NCBI GenBank assembly: GCA_951406725.2
Contig: OX597822.1
Coordinates: 92,008,001 to 92,072,000, forward strand
DNA length: 64,000 nucleotides
Direction of reading: 5' to 3'
Source of the DNA: Octopus vulgaris
Taxonomy: Eukaryota
This document shows, in pieces, positions 37,604 to 53,798 of the stretch. The notes under the pieces are model-generated. The model saw only the letters and a list, made by a program, of their open reading frames with translations. It had not been told where the DNA came from and ran no database searches. Both the position numbers and the translations under genes were made by a program. The first letter of the stretch is position 1, and each line of letters begins with the position of its first letter.

Positions 37604-38443
37604 TGTTACGGGTTAGACAAAGGCAACAGCAAATAAAACAACCACCTGTAGGATTTTAGATGTGTATTGATTGTGTATTGATATAAATGAATAGCATAAA
37701 ACACACAGATTGAAGACAGCTCAAAGCTGTTATAATCATTCGAGTCCAAAACACAAGCAGTCACAAATAGTTTGAATATATATATATATCAGTTCTTAAT
37801 GGATTTCCTTGATGGGAGTTGAAACTCCAGCAGTTGCTATAGAAGTGAGCAATCAAAACAAAAGGGAAGTCACCCTTATCGTTTTCTTGTGTTGTTGTTT
37901 GCAGTAGATAGAGACAGCAAAATAAAGGAGATGGACAGAATGATGCCAATGTTCTGCCTGTCATTTCAGCAGCCACAACAGAGAAAGACAGAATGACACC
38001 ATTCTAAAGTGAGCCAAGGAAAGTTATAAATATCATAGTTGCCTCTTGTCATCTTCTTCATCTCACCAACTACTTTGAGGTCGCCCCTTTCTCGCCAACT
38101 CATTTCACTAACTGACTTTGGCTTGCTAATTTTCAATATTTATAATGATAGCAACATAGTGAGAAAGAGACATATCATAGCTCTCAAAACAATGGGAACT
38201 GCTGTAGGTATCTTCCTTATCAACTATTGTTTGTATAGGAGGGGTCAAGTGGGGTCGAGTGGAGAATACATAAATGGGCTTGGCATAGGCTATGTGTTGA
38301 GTGTTTCAGCTGTCAATTCTTGTTTCTCTGTGTGAATGTGTTGTGGTACTTCAAAAGGGAATTCTGTAGATTCAGGTTTGAACCAATATGCCTAAATGAA
38401 AATCCACCTTTTTTCTTTCCAAGTGAAACATTTTCGTGTAGCA
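37604..38443 (-). mobile_element. 3' LTR of a Gypsy-type element
   Basis: TGTTAC...GTAGCA termini; on the minus strand it is immediately preceded by polypurine tract AAGAGGGGACAGAG (38444-38457). Confidence 0.65.
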
Positions 38444-40629
<2,186 letters not shown>

Positions 40630-40630
<1 letters not shown>

Positions 40631-42230
40631 CAATGCTGAAGCGATATCGATAGGCTACCTCAAGTCCCCGTTGAGGAGTCAATGGACGTCGAACCAACTT
40701 TTGGAGGAAATTCTGAAGGCATGCCACCCACTGTCCAGTGGCAAAGTACCTTGTCTGGACTACATCCCAGCTGAAGTATTCAAAGAAGGCAGTATGGCCC
40801 CGACCAGGAAAATTCACCAGCTGTTTCAACTCATCTGGATGCACGAGACAGTGCCTCAAGACTTCAAGGATGCCTCCATCATCCACCTCTACAAGCGAAA
40901 TGGAAACCACCAGGTCTGCGACAATCATCGCGGAATTTCACTGCTGTCCACCACAGGCAAGATCCTGGCTAGAGTTTTGCTCAACTGCCTCATTGCATAC
41001 CTAGAGCAGGGACTCCTACCTGAGAGCCAGTGTGGCTTCCAGAAAGAGTGTGGGACTATCGACATAGTGTTTGCTGCTAGACAGCTGCAGGAGAAGTGTT
41101 GAGAGCAGAATGTCGACCTCTACTCCACCTACATCGACCTGACCAGGGCCTTTGATACCATTAGTAGAGAAGGTCTCTGGAGAATCTTGGCGAAGTATGG
41201 ATGCCCCAGAAAATTCATCACCATCGTAAGACAACTACATGATGGTATGTTGGCAAAAGTACAGGACAACGGAGAGACCTCTGATACATTCGCTGTCTCC
41301 AACGGAGTGAAACAAGGATGTGTCCTTGCTCCCACCTTGTTCAGCCTTACGTCCTCAGCCATGCTGAAAGATACTTTCAGGGATACAGACATAGGCATCG
41401 GCATCAAGTAGCAGTCCGACGGTTCAGTCTTCAACCTCATGAGGCTCAAAGCGAAAACCAAGGTTTCAGTAGATACCGTTAACGACCTGTTCGCCGATGA
41501 CTGCGCTCTCAATGCTGCCACGGAGTCCAACATACAGCACAGCATGTTGACTTGTTCTCTGGTGCCCGCAACAACTTTGGTCTTACTATCAATACAAAAA
41601 GGACTGAGGTAATGTATCAGCCAGCTCCAACCAAGCCCTACGTTGAACCCAACATCACCATCAACGGGCAGCGACTGAACACAGTGGACAAGTTCACCTA
41701 CCTTGGCAACACACTCTCTAGAAATGTCATCGATGACGAAATCAGTGCCAGACTTGCTAAGGCAAGTGCTGCCTTCGGCAGGCTACGCAAGACTGTCTGG
41801 GATAGGAGGGGGATCACCATCATGACAAAGAGCAAGGTGTGCCGGGCTGTTGTTCTCACAATGCTGCTTTACGGCTGCGAGTCCTGGACGGTCCACCAGC
41901 ACTATGCCAGGAAGCTGAACCACTTTCATACAATACACCTCAGAAAACTTCTCTGCATAAAGTGGCAGGACAGGATTTCAGATACCGAGGTACTAAAACG
42001 TGCTAACCTGCCCAGCATCCATACCATCTTGATGCAGTCTCAGCTTCCCTGGGCAGGGCACGTAGCTTGCATGTCAGACGATCGATTACCAAAATGATTG
42101 CTCTTTGGCAAGCTGCAAAAGGGAAAGCGCTCACAAGGTGGCCAGAAGAAGCGCTTTAAGGACACTGAAAGCCTTCAACATCAACCATGACACATGGGAG
42201 CAGTCTGCTCTAGACAGAGAAGGGTGGTGA
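40630..42230 (+). mobile_element. RTE-BovB-like LINE, degenerate RT
   Basis: CDNHRGISLLSTTGKILAR, LPESQCGF, GVKQGCVLAPTLF, LFADD, FTYLG; several stops and frameshifts. Confidence 0.93.
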
Positions 42231-42244
42231 TAAGCTGTCCTTCT

Positions 42245-43055
42245 GATCTGTTCTTTTGGAACAGATCAGAAGAAGATCTATGAACATTCCACAACATCCT
42301 CAACACACTGCACCCATCTATCAACTTCACGATAGATACCAGCCACAACGAACTTCCCTTCCTAGACATCAACATCAAGATACACAACTCCATCGTCACA
42401 ACAGACTTCTACTACAAAAAAACCGACACACTCCAATATTTAAATTTCTACTCCTGTCACCCATCCCACATAAAAAAAAACATTCCATATAGTGTGGCAA
42501 GATGCATATGCAGCATAGTAACCGACTCACAAACATGCCAAATAAGAGTAAATGAACTTAAAAACTTCCTACTAGAACAAGGAATCTCAAGAGCAATGAA
42601 ACTGGACATCACACAACTCAGAACTCCAAAAACGAAAAACAAAGAAAACATCACCCCCTTCATAAACACACACAACCCTGGAGTTGGCAAAATGTTTCAA
42701 ATCATACATTCAAACTTACCAATAGTCCTACAAAGCCCCAAAATGGGAAACATATTAAACAAATATTTCATAAAAAACAGTAAATGCCAAGACAAAAACC
42801 TGACGAAACAACTAACAAGAGCGAAATTCTTATCAGAAACTAAAACCGAATTCTTTGTAAAAGAGTGCAGAGATGGTAGATGTGGGATCTGCAGTAATCC
42901 CACCTACAAATATATAGAGGGGAAACAAACAAATAAAATTTAAGAGTGGTCACATATTCAAAGTAAATGCAGACATGAATTGCAAGACGCAGAACGTAAT
43001 ATACTGCATAACCTGTCCCACATGCAAGGAGAATTATATAGGCAAAACTAGAAAT
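42245..43055 (+). mobile_element. Penelope-like element fragment (RT C-terminus, Cys linker, GIY-YIG start)
   Basis: LNTLHPSINFT, LPFLDI, YYKKTDTLQYLNFYSCHP, CRDGRCGIC, MNCKTQNVIYCITCPTCKENYIGKT; ends at (TA)n. Confidence 0.88.
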
Positions 43056-45289
43056 TCTTATATATATATATATAGAATAAACTGTAGGTTTTGCAAATAG
43101 CGAATTAAAACTTGAAATGAAAACATTGAAGTGAATATATATTAAATTATCATTCATGAAAATAGAGGTGAGAGAGAGTGGGAGACTGTTGCAAATGAAA
43201 ACAGAAAATTTTGCCTGCAGCAAATATTGTTTATCAAACATTAAAATCTACTCTGCAGTGAATGTAGTGAGTATTTAAATTAGTAAAAAACTTGTTGTTC
43301 AAATATTCAATAAATTTCAGAAATCAAAATTACAGGAAATTTCCAGGCAGTCAAGCCCTTAATAATTTGCTTTCTTTTAGTAACTGTTACATTCCTAATT
43401 AATAAATAGCTTTCTCCATTATAATTTAAGATAGTTTTGGGCTCTAAATTCCTATTTGTATTTATAAGAATCCCAAGAGCCAGTTATCCATCCATCTCCA
43501 TACATTGACTGATAAGTATGATTAATCAAAACATTTCACGCACATACAAAACACACTTTGCAAATAACTTCTTGAGTGATCTTCTAAAAAAAAAAACTCA
43601 TCAAAGGATTTAATTCTGGTCAGCATTGTAAAGATTTTACTGACACAAACACTTGGCTATCATACTTAAGTCAATCCATTGTCAATTTTCATTGTTACTC
43701 AAAGAACTTTGAATTCAAATCCATGCTTGTTTGTAAGAGAATAATTTTCTTTTGTCATTTAATTAGTGTTAAAAAATAAATTAAAGATGTTTATTTAGTG
43801 GTACTTACAGTAATACACTAACGTGGTTTGGTATATTACTTTCGATTTATGTATATAATACATCAATGCCTTACATCTCTTTGGGCTTTTCATAATATAA
43901 GACTAGGGTCGATGGTATCGACTAAACCTTTTCTTTCAAGTTAGACTTGTGTCAAAATTAGAAACCGCATTAATGGATAGAGATACTTCAATACAATATC
44001 TGGGCATTGTTGGGACTGCATTAGCCTGGAAATAAGAAAGACATTTTAACTTTTTTTTTTATCTGGGTAATATTTTGGAATAGAATTTCAAGTAGCCTTT
44101 AAAATTAGTGTGAATATCCTCCTAGCAGGATATTGCTTCTTCTAAGACAGAAACAAACATTCATAAACTAATCCTATTTATTAGTCATCACCATGTGCCT
44201 GCTATTTCAACTGATGTTTCAGTAAAGTTTAACATTCATTATATTCTTGGCTTTGGGATGACATTAGAAATGGATATATGCCATCTTTTATTAAATAATT
44301 TCTTTTATAGGTTCCTCATTTGAATTTTTACATTCTCTTGGCTAAGTGGTTTGTTGAATTTTTTTCTTTCTTCTTTGAGGGTTGTTGGGGAAATACTTTA
44401 CACGTTATGGCAATTCTCCAACCCAGCTACTAAATTCTGTGGTTTGAACTAATTGAAGAATTATTAAGATTATTATATTGATTTCATTCTTTAATAATTT
44501 CCAAAATTTATTTTTTGCCTTTCTTTTTTTGATATTGTTTTACATTTTCAAAATTTTGATTTATATTAATTAAATCTTTATTTTTAATTTTATTATTAGT
44601 GCTTAGTCTATAGATCCCTTTTCTATATATGGAAGAAATACTTACTTTGACCAAAAACAAGAGTGTAGAAAGGAGTGTTTAGTCTTGTAGGGAACAAGCA
44701 GCAGCTAATGCAATTTCTTTTCTTTCTCTCACTCACTCTATCTCTCACAATTTACTATTATCAAATCCTTTTATTTTATGCTTGCTCCTCAATATCTCTC
44801 TGTCACCCTTTTTCTTTGTCCCACACATTCTTTTTCATTGTCTTTTATTCCTCTTTAGCTTGCTTGGGCAAGCATAATCTCTCTAGAGTCAGTGCCACTA
44901 TAAATGCACCCAGTATGTTCTGTGAAGTAATTAGTGATAGGAAGAGCATCTAACCATAGACAAAAACAGAACATATAAGTAAGATGAAATCCTCTGACCT
45001 ATCTAGGAGAGCAGTGATTCCAAATAGGAACTAACTTGGTCAGTGACAACCCATCCTATCCATGCCAACAGGAATAGGATGTTGTGGCAGTGGCAGTTAC
45101 AACGATGAGGAGGAACAGGGAGAGCTTTCTCAGATATACAGGTTTTAGGTTTTCTCTTCAATTGTCTTGGTATTTAGTAGTCTTCTGTTGTCTTGTATAC
45201 ATCTTGTTATATCAACTGAATAATAATTTTGCTTTCATCCTTGACAGACTAAACAGTTTACTCTCTGATCTGGTGTGAAAGTAAACACC

Positions 45290-45745
45290 ATCAGTTGATG
45301 TCCCAAATGCATGTTTCAGCATAACTGCAATGAAGATGCCAAACGGTGGGGGCAAGCACACAGCCTTGCTTCATGCCACTACATATGTTGAATGCTTCCA
45401 AAGAAGCACCATCAAATTGACCGATGCCTTTCATATCCACATGAAATGATTGGACAATACTGAGGTATTTTGGAGCACAGTCAATCTTGGCAAGAATTTT
45501 GAACAAATCATCTCTACTGACTAGGTCAGAAACCTTTGTGAGGTCAATGAAAGTGATAAAGAGTGGTTACCTTTGCTCTTGGCAGTATAGTTGTCAGAGA
45601 GAGAAGATTATGTTGATGGTGGAACGTTGTGATCTGAAACCACATTGAGATCAGGGTATACCTCTCAGCGATTTCCTGTAGACTGTTTAGGACTATGCGA
45701 GCAAAACCCTTCCAGACAATGCTTACTGGCAAGATGCCTCAGTAA
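45290..45745 (-). mobile_element. RTE RT fragment
   Basis: GMKQGCVLAPT, FKILAKIDCAPK. Confidence 0.7.
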
Positions 45746-45825
45746 TAGTTAAAGTGAATAAACAATGTGATTAAAATATAAGTAATGATTACTACTTATA
45801 AAACTGTCAACTTTTTAATGTTTAA

Positions 45826-46036
45826 CCCTTTAGTGTTCGCATTATTCTGCCAAAACAAGTGCTTTTTTATCCACATTGTCTTGAACTAACCATGCATTAT
45901 CTTGTAGTTATGAGATTTTGATGAGGTAGCTGTTAATTTTTAAGATGATATTGTAGGGTTGGTGTGAGAGACCAGATCTGGCCAGTTTGAACATAAAACA
46001 GGCAGAATACTTATGGCCGGTTTAAATGCTAAAGGG
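45826..46036. mobile_element. piggyBac-type MITE
   Basis: TTAA|CCCTTTAG...CTAAAGGG|TTAA; reverse orientation of 17012-17232. Confidence 0.85.
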
Positions 46037-46144
46037 TTAATGAATAGATGGATCTCTGTTGATGATAGGTATTCAGTTAACTGCTCATTGATTAGGGTCA
46101 AACAGCAATTACTTTATAAATTCAAACTCCTCATGATGTATGTA

Positions 46145-46990
46145 CAGGGGTTGAACAGAATAATGGAAACGCCTTAAAATTTCAATCAAATTTATTTTAA
46201 TATGGGGTAGAACCGCCTTTGGCAGTTATTACAGCTTGAATTTTATGAGGTATGGACTTGCACAAAGTTTGAATTGTTTCCAAAGGAATTTTTGTCCATT
46301 CTTCAGCTAAAACAGTCCCCAATTCTTGTAGTGATGGTGGTGGAGGATATCGACTCCTTACTTGTTTAATAATATTGAGATCTGGGGACTGTGGTGGCCA
46401 GATAAGATGTTCAACTTCACTAGAATGTTCATTGTGCTATTCAGTAACAACTTTAGCTGTGTGAATTGGTGCATTATTATCCTGAAAGATTGCGTTTCCC
46501 TTTTGAAACAGTTCTGCAACTATAGGATGAATTCGATCAGATAAAATGCTTTGGGCCGGTGGATTTCCAAGATATAGCCCTCCAGATCATCACAGATCCT
46601 CCTCCATTTTTAAGGCAGTCTGGGTCAAATGCTTCTTTTGGCTGTGTCCACACATATACTCTGCTGGTGGTCGGAATTCTGTAGGTTTTTACTCCACTCC
46701 AAATGCTTTGCAACGTTTGTTTTTGAAAGTAGTGGTTTTCTGATTGCAGCTTTGTGCAACTCCCATCAAGCAGTTTTTGTGGAAACTGGGTTCTCAAGGT
46801 GGTCATTAAGCTCTGCAGTAATTTTGGGAGCTGTACTTTTGTGATCCCTTCTAACAATTTGCGTAAGAGTCCGACGGTCCCTATCTGAAAGTTTTGGTTT
46901 TCTTCTGGAGTTTTATTTCGACGAGGTTTTTCCCTCTTTCTCAAAGCTGAGTTGAAACTTTCATTTGTTCATTTCAGGTCTGTTTTAATA
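46145..46990 (-). mobile_element. Tc1-type transposon relic
   Basis: TA|CAGGGGTTG TIR; GGGSVMIW, FQDNNAPIH, WPPQSPDLN motifs. Confidence 0.8.
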
Positions 46991-49939
46991 TGCAAATATG
47001 TGTTGGATGGCGATATATTTGCGGCAGGGTTTTATAGCTAGATGCACTTCCTATTGCCTCTCCCATCTGTTTTACTAGAAAGGGATTAAAAAAAAATTTC
47101 ATTTGTCTTTGAAGGCACAGTGTAACTAATTTATAAAGTGAAGAAGGAGTGGAAACATTACAGCTTGCTCAGACAGTGACAACTGAAGCGGTAGTGTGTC
47201 AATATGCATGCAGTGTGTGTGTGTGTGTGTGTGTGTGTCTGTTGGTTGACACTGGGCTATAAAATGTTCACTTGCTGAAGGTATCACACTGGGATGGGAA
47301 GTGATTTTAACCACACACCATGCCTGTATTTAAGATCATCATCATCATCATCGTTAAACGTCCTCCTTCTATGCTGGTATGGTTTGGATGGTTTGACAGG
47401 AACTGGCCAGGCAGAAGCCTTCAACATATTTCTGTGTCTGTTTTGGCATGGTTTTTACGGCTTGATGCCCTTCCTAACACCAACCACTCCACAGAGTAGG
47501 CTGAGTGTTTTTATGTGGTACCAGCACAGATGAGGTCAGTTTTGGCATGATTTTTACAGCTGGATGCCTTTCTGGATTGGATACTTTTTAAGTGGTGCCG
47601 CACAGGCAGCATCATATTTGCAAATGTTCTTGCTCCATGTTTTTTGTGTGCATATGTATGAGGGAGAGAGGGAGGGGGGACAGGCAGACTACTACACAAA
47701 CAGTTTTAAGGCTTGTTATTAAATGTAAAGAGGAAGAACAGCCATAGAATTCTGTTGTTATCAGGGATTTGAAACTCCAACTCCAAACTATTTTACACTA
47801 TATCTCAAATATCAGTTGTTGATGTTATCTCAGACTAAACCAATGAGATTTTTTTTCTGGTCAAAACCAGCCTGCCTGGAAAAAACAAACATTGAACTGG
47901 CTGAACCAGTGGTTTCTTAAGGGAATCAACCGACCTGAATGCTTGATGATCATCAGGCAAAAACAGATTACCAAATTCTTTGACAACATCAAAATGACTT
48001 AAACAGAAAATCAACCAGCCAGAGCATAGAGCATGGACCCCCTACTGGTCAACAAGGAATAAAAATATTCCACAAACAAATGATTTCATGGGGAAGTCAA
48101 CTGAACTTTGCCAAAGCAAAAAATATTTGACCAAAACAAATGACATCACATAATTTACAACCAATCAGAACTTGATCCTTTACTGTAGTCAACAAGGAAT
48201 GAAAACATTTGACAAACAAATAACATCATCAGAAAGTCAACCAAGTAGAAAGCTGGACTTTGCCAAAACAAAACTATTTGACCAAAACATCTATGAGAAT
48301 AATAAACATCATCAGATTCACAACCAATAAAAATTTGATCCTTTCCCATAAAAAAAAAAATATATATATTCTAAACAATTTCAACTTAAAATATTTCAAA
48401 TTTTAAACCAGTGACCAGCAAGGAAGAACTTCATGTACTGTGACAGAAATCAATGAAGCACTCCTTCATGCACTATGACATAAAATGTAAAAAACCTTTT
48501 TTCTTTCTCTCCATCTTTTTCTGTCTCCTTTTTTTAAATAAAAACCGTCCAACCCATGTCAGCATGGAAAGCGGATGTTAAACGACAATGATGATGATGA
48601 TGATTTTCAATAACTTCACAGCAATTGAACTTATAAAATTCTCTTATGGATTAATTGTTGTTAATAAAGAGGATCACTAGTTTCTTCCGATTGCGGCTTT
48701 TAATGTATTGTACTTTTATTAATTTGTTTCACTGTCACTCATTTTATTCCTTTATAAGGGACAGAATTGTTTGTTCAAAGGCAACCAATAGAAATATAGC
48801 ATCTAGATGGAATAGGCTGGGACTGGAATTTGAAAGAATCTTAGTTAAGAGAAAATAGTTTCTTTCAAAGTGTATAATTTCTGTTTGCAGGATTGTTGTC
48901 ATTGTCCTCCCCTTCCTCCTCCTTCTTCTTGATAATGGCAATAGAGGGTGAGATAGGCGTTATTCATAGTTTCACAGCAATTAGTATATTTTATTTCTAG
49001 TGAACTGCACTTTCAATGTAGCATGCTACGTTAAAGAGGGCCAAAACATTTTCCTGGTATTTTCAGAAAATAATGTTTCATGTGAATGATATTCCCTCAT
49101 CACTACAGTTAAATCTGATATTGTTTAATGAGGAATCTGTGTTCAAATCCAACTAAATAATTATTTTCATTCTGTTCTCAATAGCTTTCAATCAATTCTA
49201 GTTATGTCTGTGTCTTCTGTCTAGCAATTATTTCCCTTAAACTTTATTAGCATTTGTAAATATTCTTGCTAACATATCAATAATTGAAAAAAATTAGTGT
49301 GTGTGTTTGTGTGTTTATGTGCGTCTTTTGAGTAATATTTTAATATGATTAAAAGCCATTTTCATTATAAAGTTTAATATATATATATATATATATATAC
49401 ATGTTTTACATTGATTTAATATTGTATCATATATTCCTATGTATGCATATGGCAGTAATGCTGGCAAGGCATGCAATATGAAGGAAGCTTGAACATCAAT
49501 AGTGTAAAACATAAAGTAGAGCTGTAAGATGAAATGCAATTATGTTATAAGAACTTGCTTTTATAAAGCAGTAAAAAATTACTAGCTAAATACGGCTAAT
49601 AAAATTTTATTTTTAAATATATATATATATATACACACATGCACATATGTTTACAAATTTGTGTTGCAAGATTCCTTATGTGAAGTCATGTGTTGAAATA
49701 GATATTGTATTTTAGGATAGTCTTTTTTTTTTCAAAATAAACACAGGCACTGTATATTCATTCTTCACTTGCTTATCACTATTCTTATTCTAACTCATGT
49801 CTGGAATAAGAACAGTGCCTGGACATCTTTAGTCACACATCTGTGACTTCCTCAGCAACACTTTCCATCTTTGTGTTTGCTCTTCCATTCTGTTCTATGA
49901 TGTGTATCCTTATATACGCATATGTGTGTGTGTGTCATT

Positions 49940-50265
49940 GTTCTTGGTTGCAAGTCACACAGCTGCAAGAGAGTTAAGCCCTGTTCATTGTGTAACAACA
50001 TGTGGCAAGTCAATTCCATTAGGTATCATAACAGAAATGTTATGATTTATATAGAAGGTGGGATGTGCAGAGATTCCCATTTGGTGTTTGCAACAGAATG
50101 CTCCAAACACAACTTGATTTATGTTGGTTGTACAACAGAACAGTTTAGCAAAAGATTCAGTGGGCACAGATATGATGTCAGGCACAATAACAGTAGTTTG
50201 ACAGAACTTGCCCAACATTTTACATCAGATGTCTGCAATTTTGAAAAAGATTTGAAAGTACTTAA
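49940..50265 (+). mobile_element. Penelope-like GIY-YIG endonuclease fragment
   Basis: CSLC linker; CRDSHLVFATECSKHNLIYVGCT...KRFSGHR...LAQHF. Confidence 0.7.
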
Positions 50266-50644
50266 AATATTCTCAATTTGCTACACTTTCAGTCCTCAAA
50301 ATGCATGAGGAGAAATATGTTTGTGAGTTATTAACATCATGCCCTGAACGATTGTACAAAATGACAGGGGAATATCATCATCATCATATTTACACAAAAC
50401 TGCTTGATTAAATATTCTTTTTTTCTTTTGCCAGTTGTAAAATTGAAAGTTGAAGACTGATAATGTCATTCTATCAAAATGGGAACGCAGGTTGCCCTTG
50501 TTCAAATGTTTGAATTTGAATTTCTATGTATCACTTTTCATTTTGAACTTGACAAAGACAGGCAAGCTGTCAAAATATTGTTCAAACCAATAAAACATCA
50601 ATTGCAATCACATTGTGCTCTTCGTATTGTCTATTATTATTATT

Positions 50645-50868
50645 AAGGCAGCAAGCTAGCAGAATCATTAGCATGCTGGGCGAAATGCTTAGCAGTGTTT
50701 TGTCCGTCTTACATTCAGAATTCAAATTCTGCTGAAGTTGACTTTGCCTTTCATTCTTTCAGGGTTGATAAAATAAGTACCAGTTGAGCACTGGGGGTTG
50801 ATTTGGGGTCATTGTAATTGACCTAACTCCTCCTCAAAATTTCAGGCCTTGTGCCTTTAGTAGAAAGG

Positions 50869-50904
<36 letters not shown>

Positions 50905-50905
50905 T
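50645..50905 (+). mobile_element. SINE with Meta-like core (second copy 51466-51695)
   Basis: GTTGACTTTGCCTTTCATTCTTTCAGGGTTGATAAAATAAGTACCAG core and (ATT)n tail. Confidence 0.7.
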
Positions 50906-50951
50906 TGCAATAGTAAGGCTCAATAAGTACATCAAAGAAATCAGTATATAG

Positions 50952-51167
50952 CAGGGGTGGGCAAACTACGGCCCGCGGGCCGCATGCGGCCCGCCATAGG
51001 TTTTCATGCGGCCCGCCGAGAGCTTTTATGAATCCCAACTTCTATGCAGATACTTCGTAACTGTACGGTAATTCACAATATTTTCACTTGATTTTTATAA
51101 ATGAGGCCCGCCAAGATTCCAAAGACGCACTGTGCGGCCCGCAATCAAAAAAGTTTGCCCACCCCTG
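50952..51167. mobile_element. Complete 216-bp hAT (Charlie/Buster-type) MITE
   Basis: TIR CAGGGGTGGGCAAACT / AGTTTGCCCACCCCTG; 8-bp TSD GTATATAG; GCGGCCCGC subterminal repeats. Confidence 0.95.
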
Positions 51168-52339
51168 GTATATAGTGACCATTTTATTTGTCGTTATATA
51201 TTCTTTTGTTTATTGTCATGAAAAAACAAACACATTCTTGCAAAACTTTTTATACTCCCTCCCCATCACTTTGTAGTAAGCCATGAATTAAAATAGTGAT
51301 CAAGCAGCTCTGATATAACCTTATATAACAAAATCATTGAATTAGTTCAATAGTGGGTTGCTAACTTTCTCTTATGCACATTTGGTGGTAATCATATAAT
51401 ACATTTATTATATAGTGTCTCACTCATCCGTCATTCTGGAAAATAATAGAAATCATTATTATTATTAAGGTGGCAAGCTGGAGAAATTGTGAGCATGTTG
51501 ATAAAATGCTTAGCAGCATTTCACGCATCTTTACATTCTGTGTTCAAATTCTGCCAAGGTCAACATTGCCTTTCATCCTTTTAGGTTTGATGAAGCAAGT
51601 ACCAGTTAAGCACCAGGGTTGATGTAATTGACTTGCCTCCCCACAAAAAATTTCAGGCCTTGTGCCTATTGTAGAAAGGATTATTATTGTTATTGTCCTA
51701 TATATATATGAAGAAAAATTTTACTTTTTACTATCACTGAAGCAATAATAAACAAAGAATAATTTTTTTTTAAAGCCTGAGATATTAAAGGAACCTATAA
51801 CAGAAAAAGAAACTTATTTATTGCTTTATTATTGATTAAAATTCTAAAGTTGCTTTTGGCTGTATTTGCAACATACAATGGTTTGCCAATAAATAGCTTG
51901 TAATATGAAATTGTCTTGTTAAACAAATCACTAGGTCAACCAGCTTTATTTGATGTGTATTTTGTATAGACAACTGTAGTATGTTTGCTATTGTCCATTC
52001 CAACACAAATACATTTACATTATAATGCTGTGAAGATATGACTTATTTGGTCATTTTATGGACTGATTTATGAAATTTATTTTTCCAACAAACCTAAACT
52101 CAGCCTTTTATTTCTGTGGCACATTCTAGTGTCACTAATACTACTGATATCATCATCATCATCAACAACATTTAGCTTCCATTTTCCATGCTGGCATGGG
52201 TTGGAGAGCTTGACAGGAGTTGGCAAAGCTGGGGAATGGGAGTTGAGTAGGGGTTGTGCACTAAGTTCCATAGTCTTTTGGCTTGGTTTCTACAGCTGGA
52301 TGCCCTTCCTAATGCCAACCACTTTACAGAATGTACTGG

Positions 52340-52741
52340 GTTTCAGAAAAAAATCTCTCAAAATTCACGGAATTAAAATTACACTTCGATTATTGTACAA
52401 AACTGTAGTTGAACTGTTTACGAAGTATAATACGTGTTTTCACGAATGTACTAAAGAGATTTGCTCTGATATTCTCATTTAAATACGAATAGGTAAATTC
52501 GGGCGGCTTTGGGCGGTTTGGTCACATTAACCAAAATTTTTTTCGGGCGGCTTTGGGCGGTTTGGTAACGAAAGGGTTAATCATGCATTATCTCATAGCT
52601 TTGAGGTTTCAATGATATGATTGTTTATTTTTAGAATGTCAATGTAGGTTAGGTGTGAGAGGCTGGATATCGCCAGTTTGAATATAAAACATGTAGAATA
52701 TATTGGGCTGGATTTGGCCAGTTTAAACGCTAAAGGGTTAA
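52340..52741. mobile_element. Adjacent piggyBac-type MITE ends
   Basis: Two AAAGGG|TTAA termini (about 52580 and 52741); the first has a duplicated CGGGCGGCTTTGGGCGGTTTGGT. Confidence 0.6.
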
Positions 52742-53293
52742 GTAGTTTCAAATTGAATGTTGTTGAAAACTTCAAGTACTTAGGTGGTTGGTGGAGCAGT
52801 TCAGAAGTAGATATCAAGATCAGGAAGGTACAAGCATGGACAGCTTGTCAGAAACTAAAGAACTCCAAATTGCCCAAGTGAATCAAAATCAAGCTATTCC
52901 TTGCAACTGTCAAATCTGTGCTATTATATGACAGTGAAACATGGACATGAACAAAGATCAGGGGTTCCCAACCTTTTTTTACTGTGGACTACCAAAATAA
53001 GTAATTTTTTCCTGTGGACCACTTCAAATTTTAAATTTATTATAAAAGAACTGCTACTCGTAAATATTAGTATCATTTTCACTTTGCAATGAAAGTTCCT
53101 TTTTTGTTCTTGTAAGAGACATCACAGAGAACAAATAACAGAACACCAATAACAAAACCAATTTGCAGATGCACATGATTCACCAATAACAAAACCAATT
53201 TGCAAATGCACATGAGCTTTATTTGATAGAATCAAATAAAAAAGGTTACTAAGTCATGGAAAACATCCCCTTTTATTCAGTAAAAAAGCTGTA

Positions 53294-53437
53294 TGTTATT
53301 TACATTCGACAGATATTTGTCCTCATCTTGTTTGTTGTTAACACAATGTTTCAGCTGATATATCCTCCAGCCTTCATCAGGTGTCTTGGGGAAATTTCGA
53401 ATCTGGGTTCTCATTCCTAAGGTATTTTTCGATGTTG

Positions 53438-53487
<50 letters not shown>

Positions 53488-53798
53488 GTTCAGGTCACTG
53501 CTTGGAATTGAACTTGGAATCTTGGGGTTAGTAGCCCCACGTTCTTAACCACTATGCCATATGCCTGTTGTTATATGGCGATTCCAAGCAGTGACCTGAA
53601 CAATAATAATAATAATAATAATAACATCGAAAAATACCTTAGGAATGAGAACCCAGGTTTGAAATTTCCCCAAGACACCTAAAGAAGGCTGGCGGGTATA
53701 TCAGCCAAAACATTGTGTTAACAACAAATGAGATGAGGACAAATATCCGTTGAATGTAAATAATGTACATAATTCCTCATCTCTTAAATATAGAACTG
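53294..53798. mobile_element. Head-to-head pair of tRNA-head / hammerhead-tail SINEs (locus 2)
   Basis: 12-bp TSD AAAAAAGCTGTA at 53282-53293 and 53799-53810; same architecture as 6388-7756. Confidence 0.88.
53340..53385 (-). ncRNA. Minimal type I hammerhead ribozyme motif
   Basis: GACAC-CTGATGA-A-GGCTG(gaggatatat)CAGCT-GAAA-CATT-GTGTT. The partner at 53674-53719 (+) is degenerate (CTAAAGA, AAAA). Confidence 0.72.

Noticed and set aside
53144-53215. ~37-bp tandem duplication
   Set aside because: Simple local slippage inside the hAT relic.
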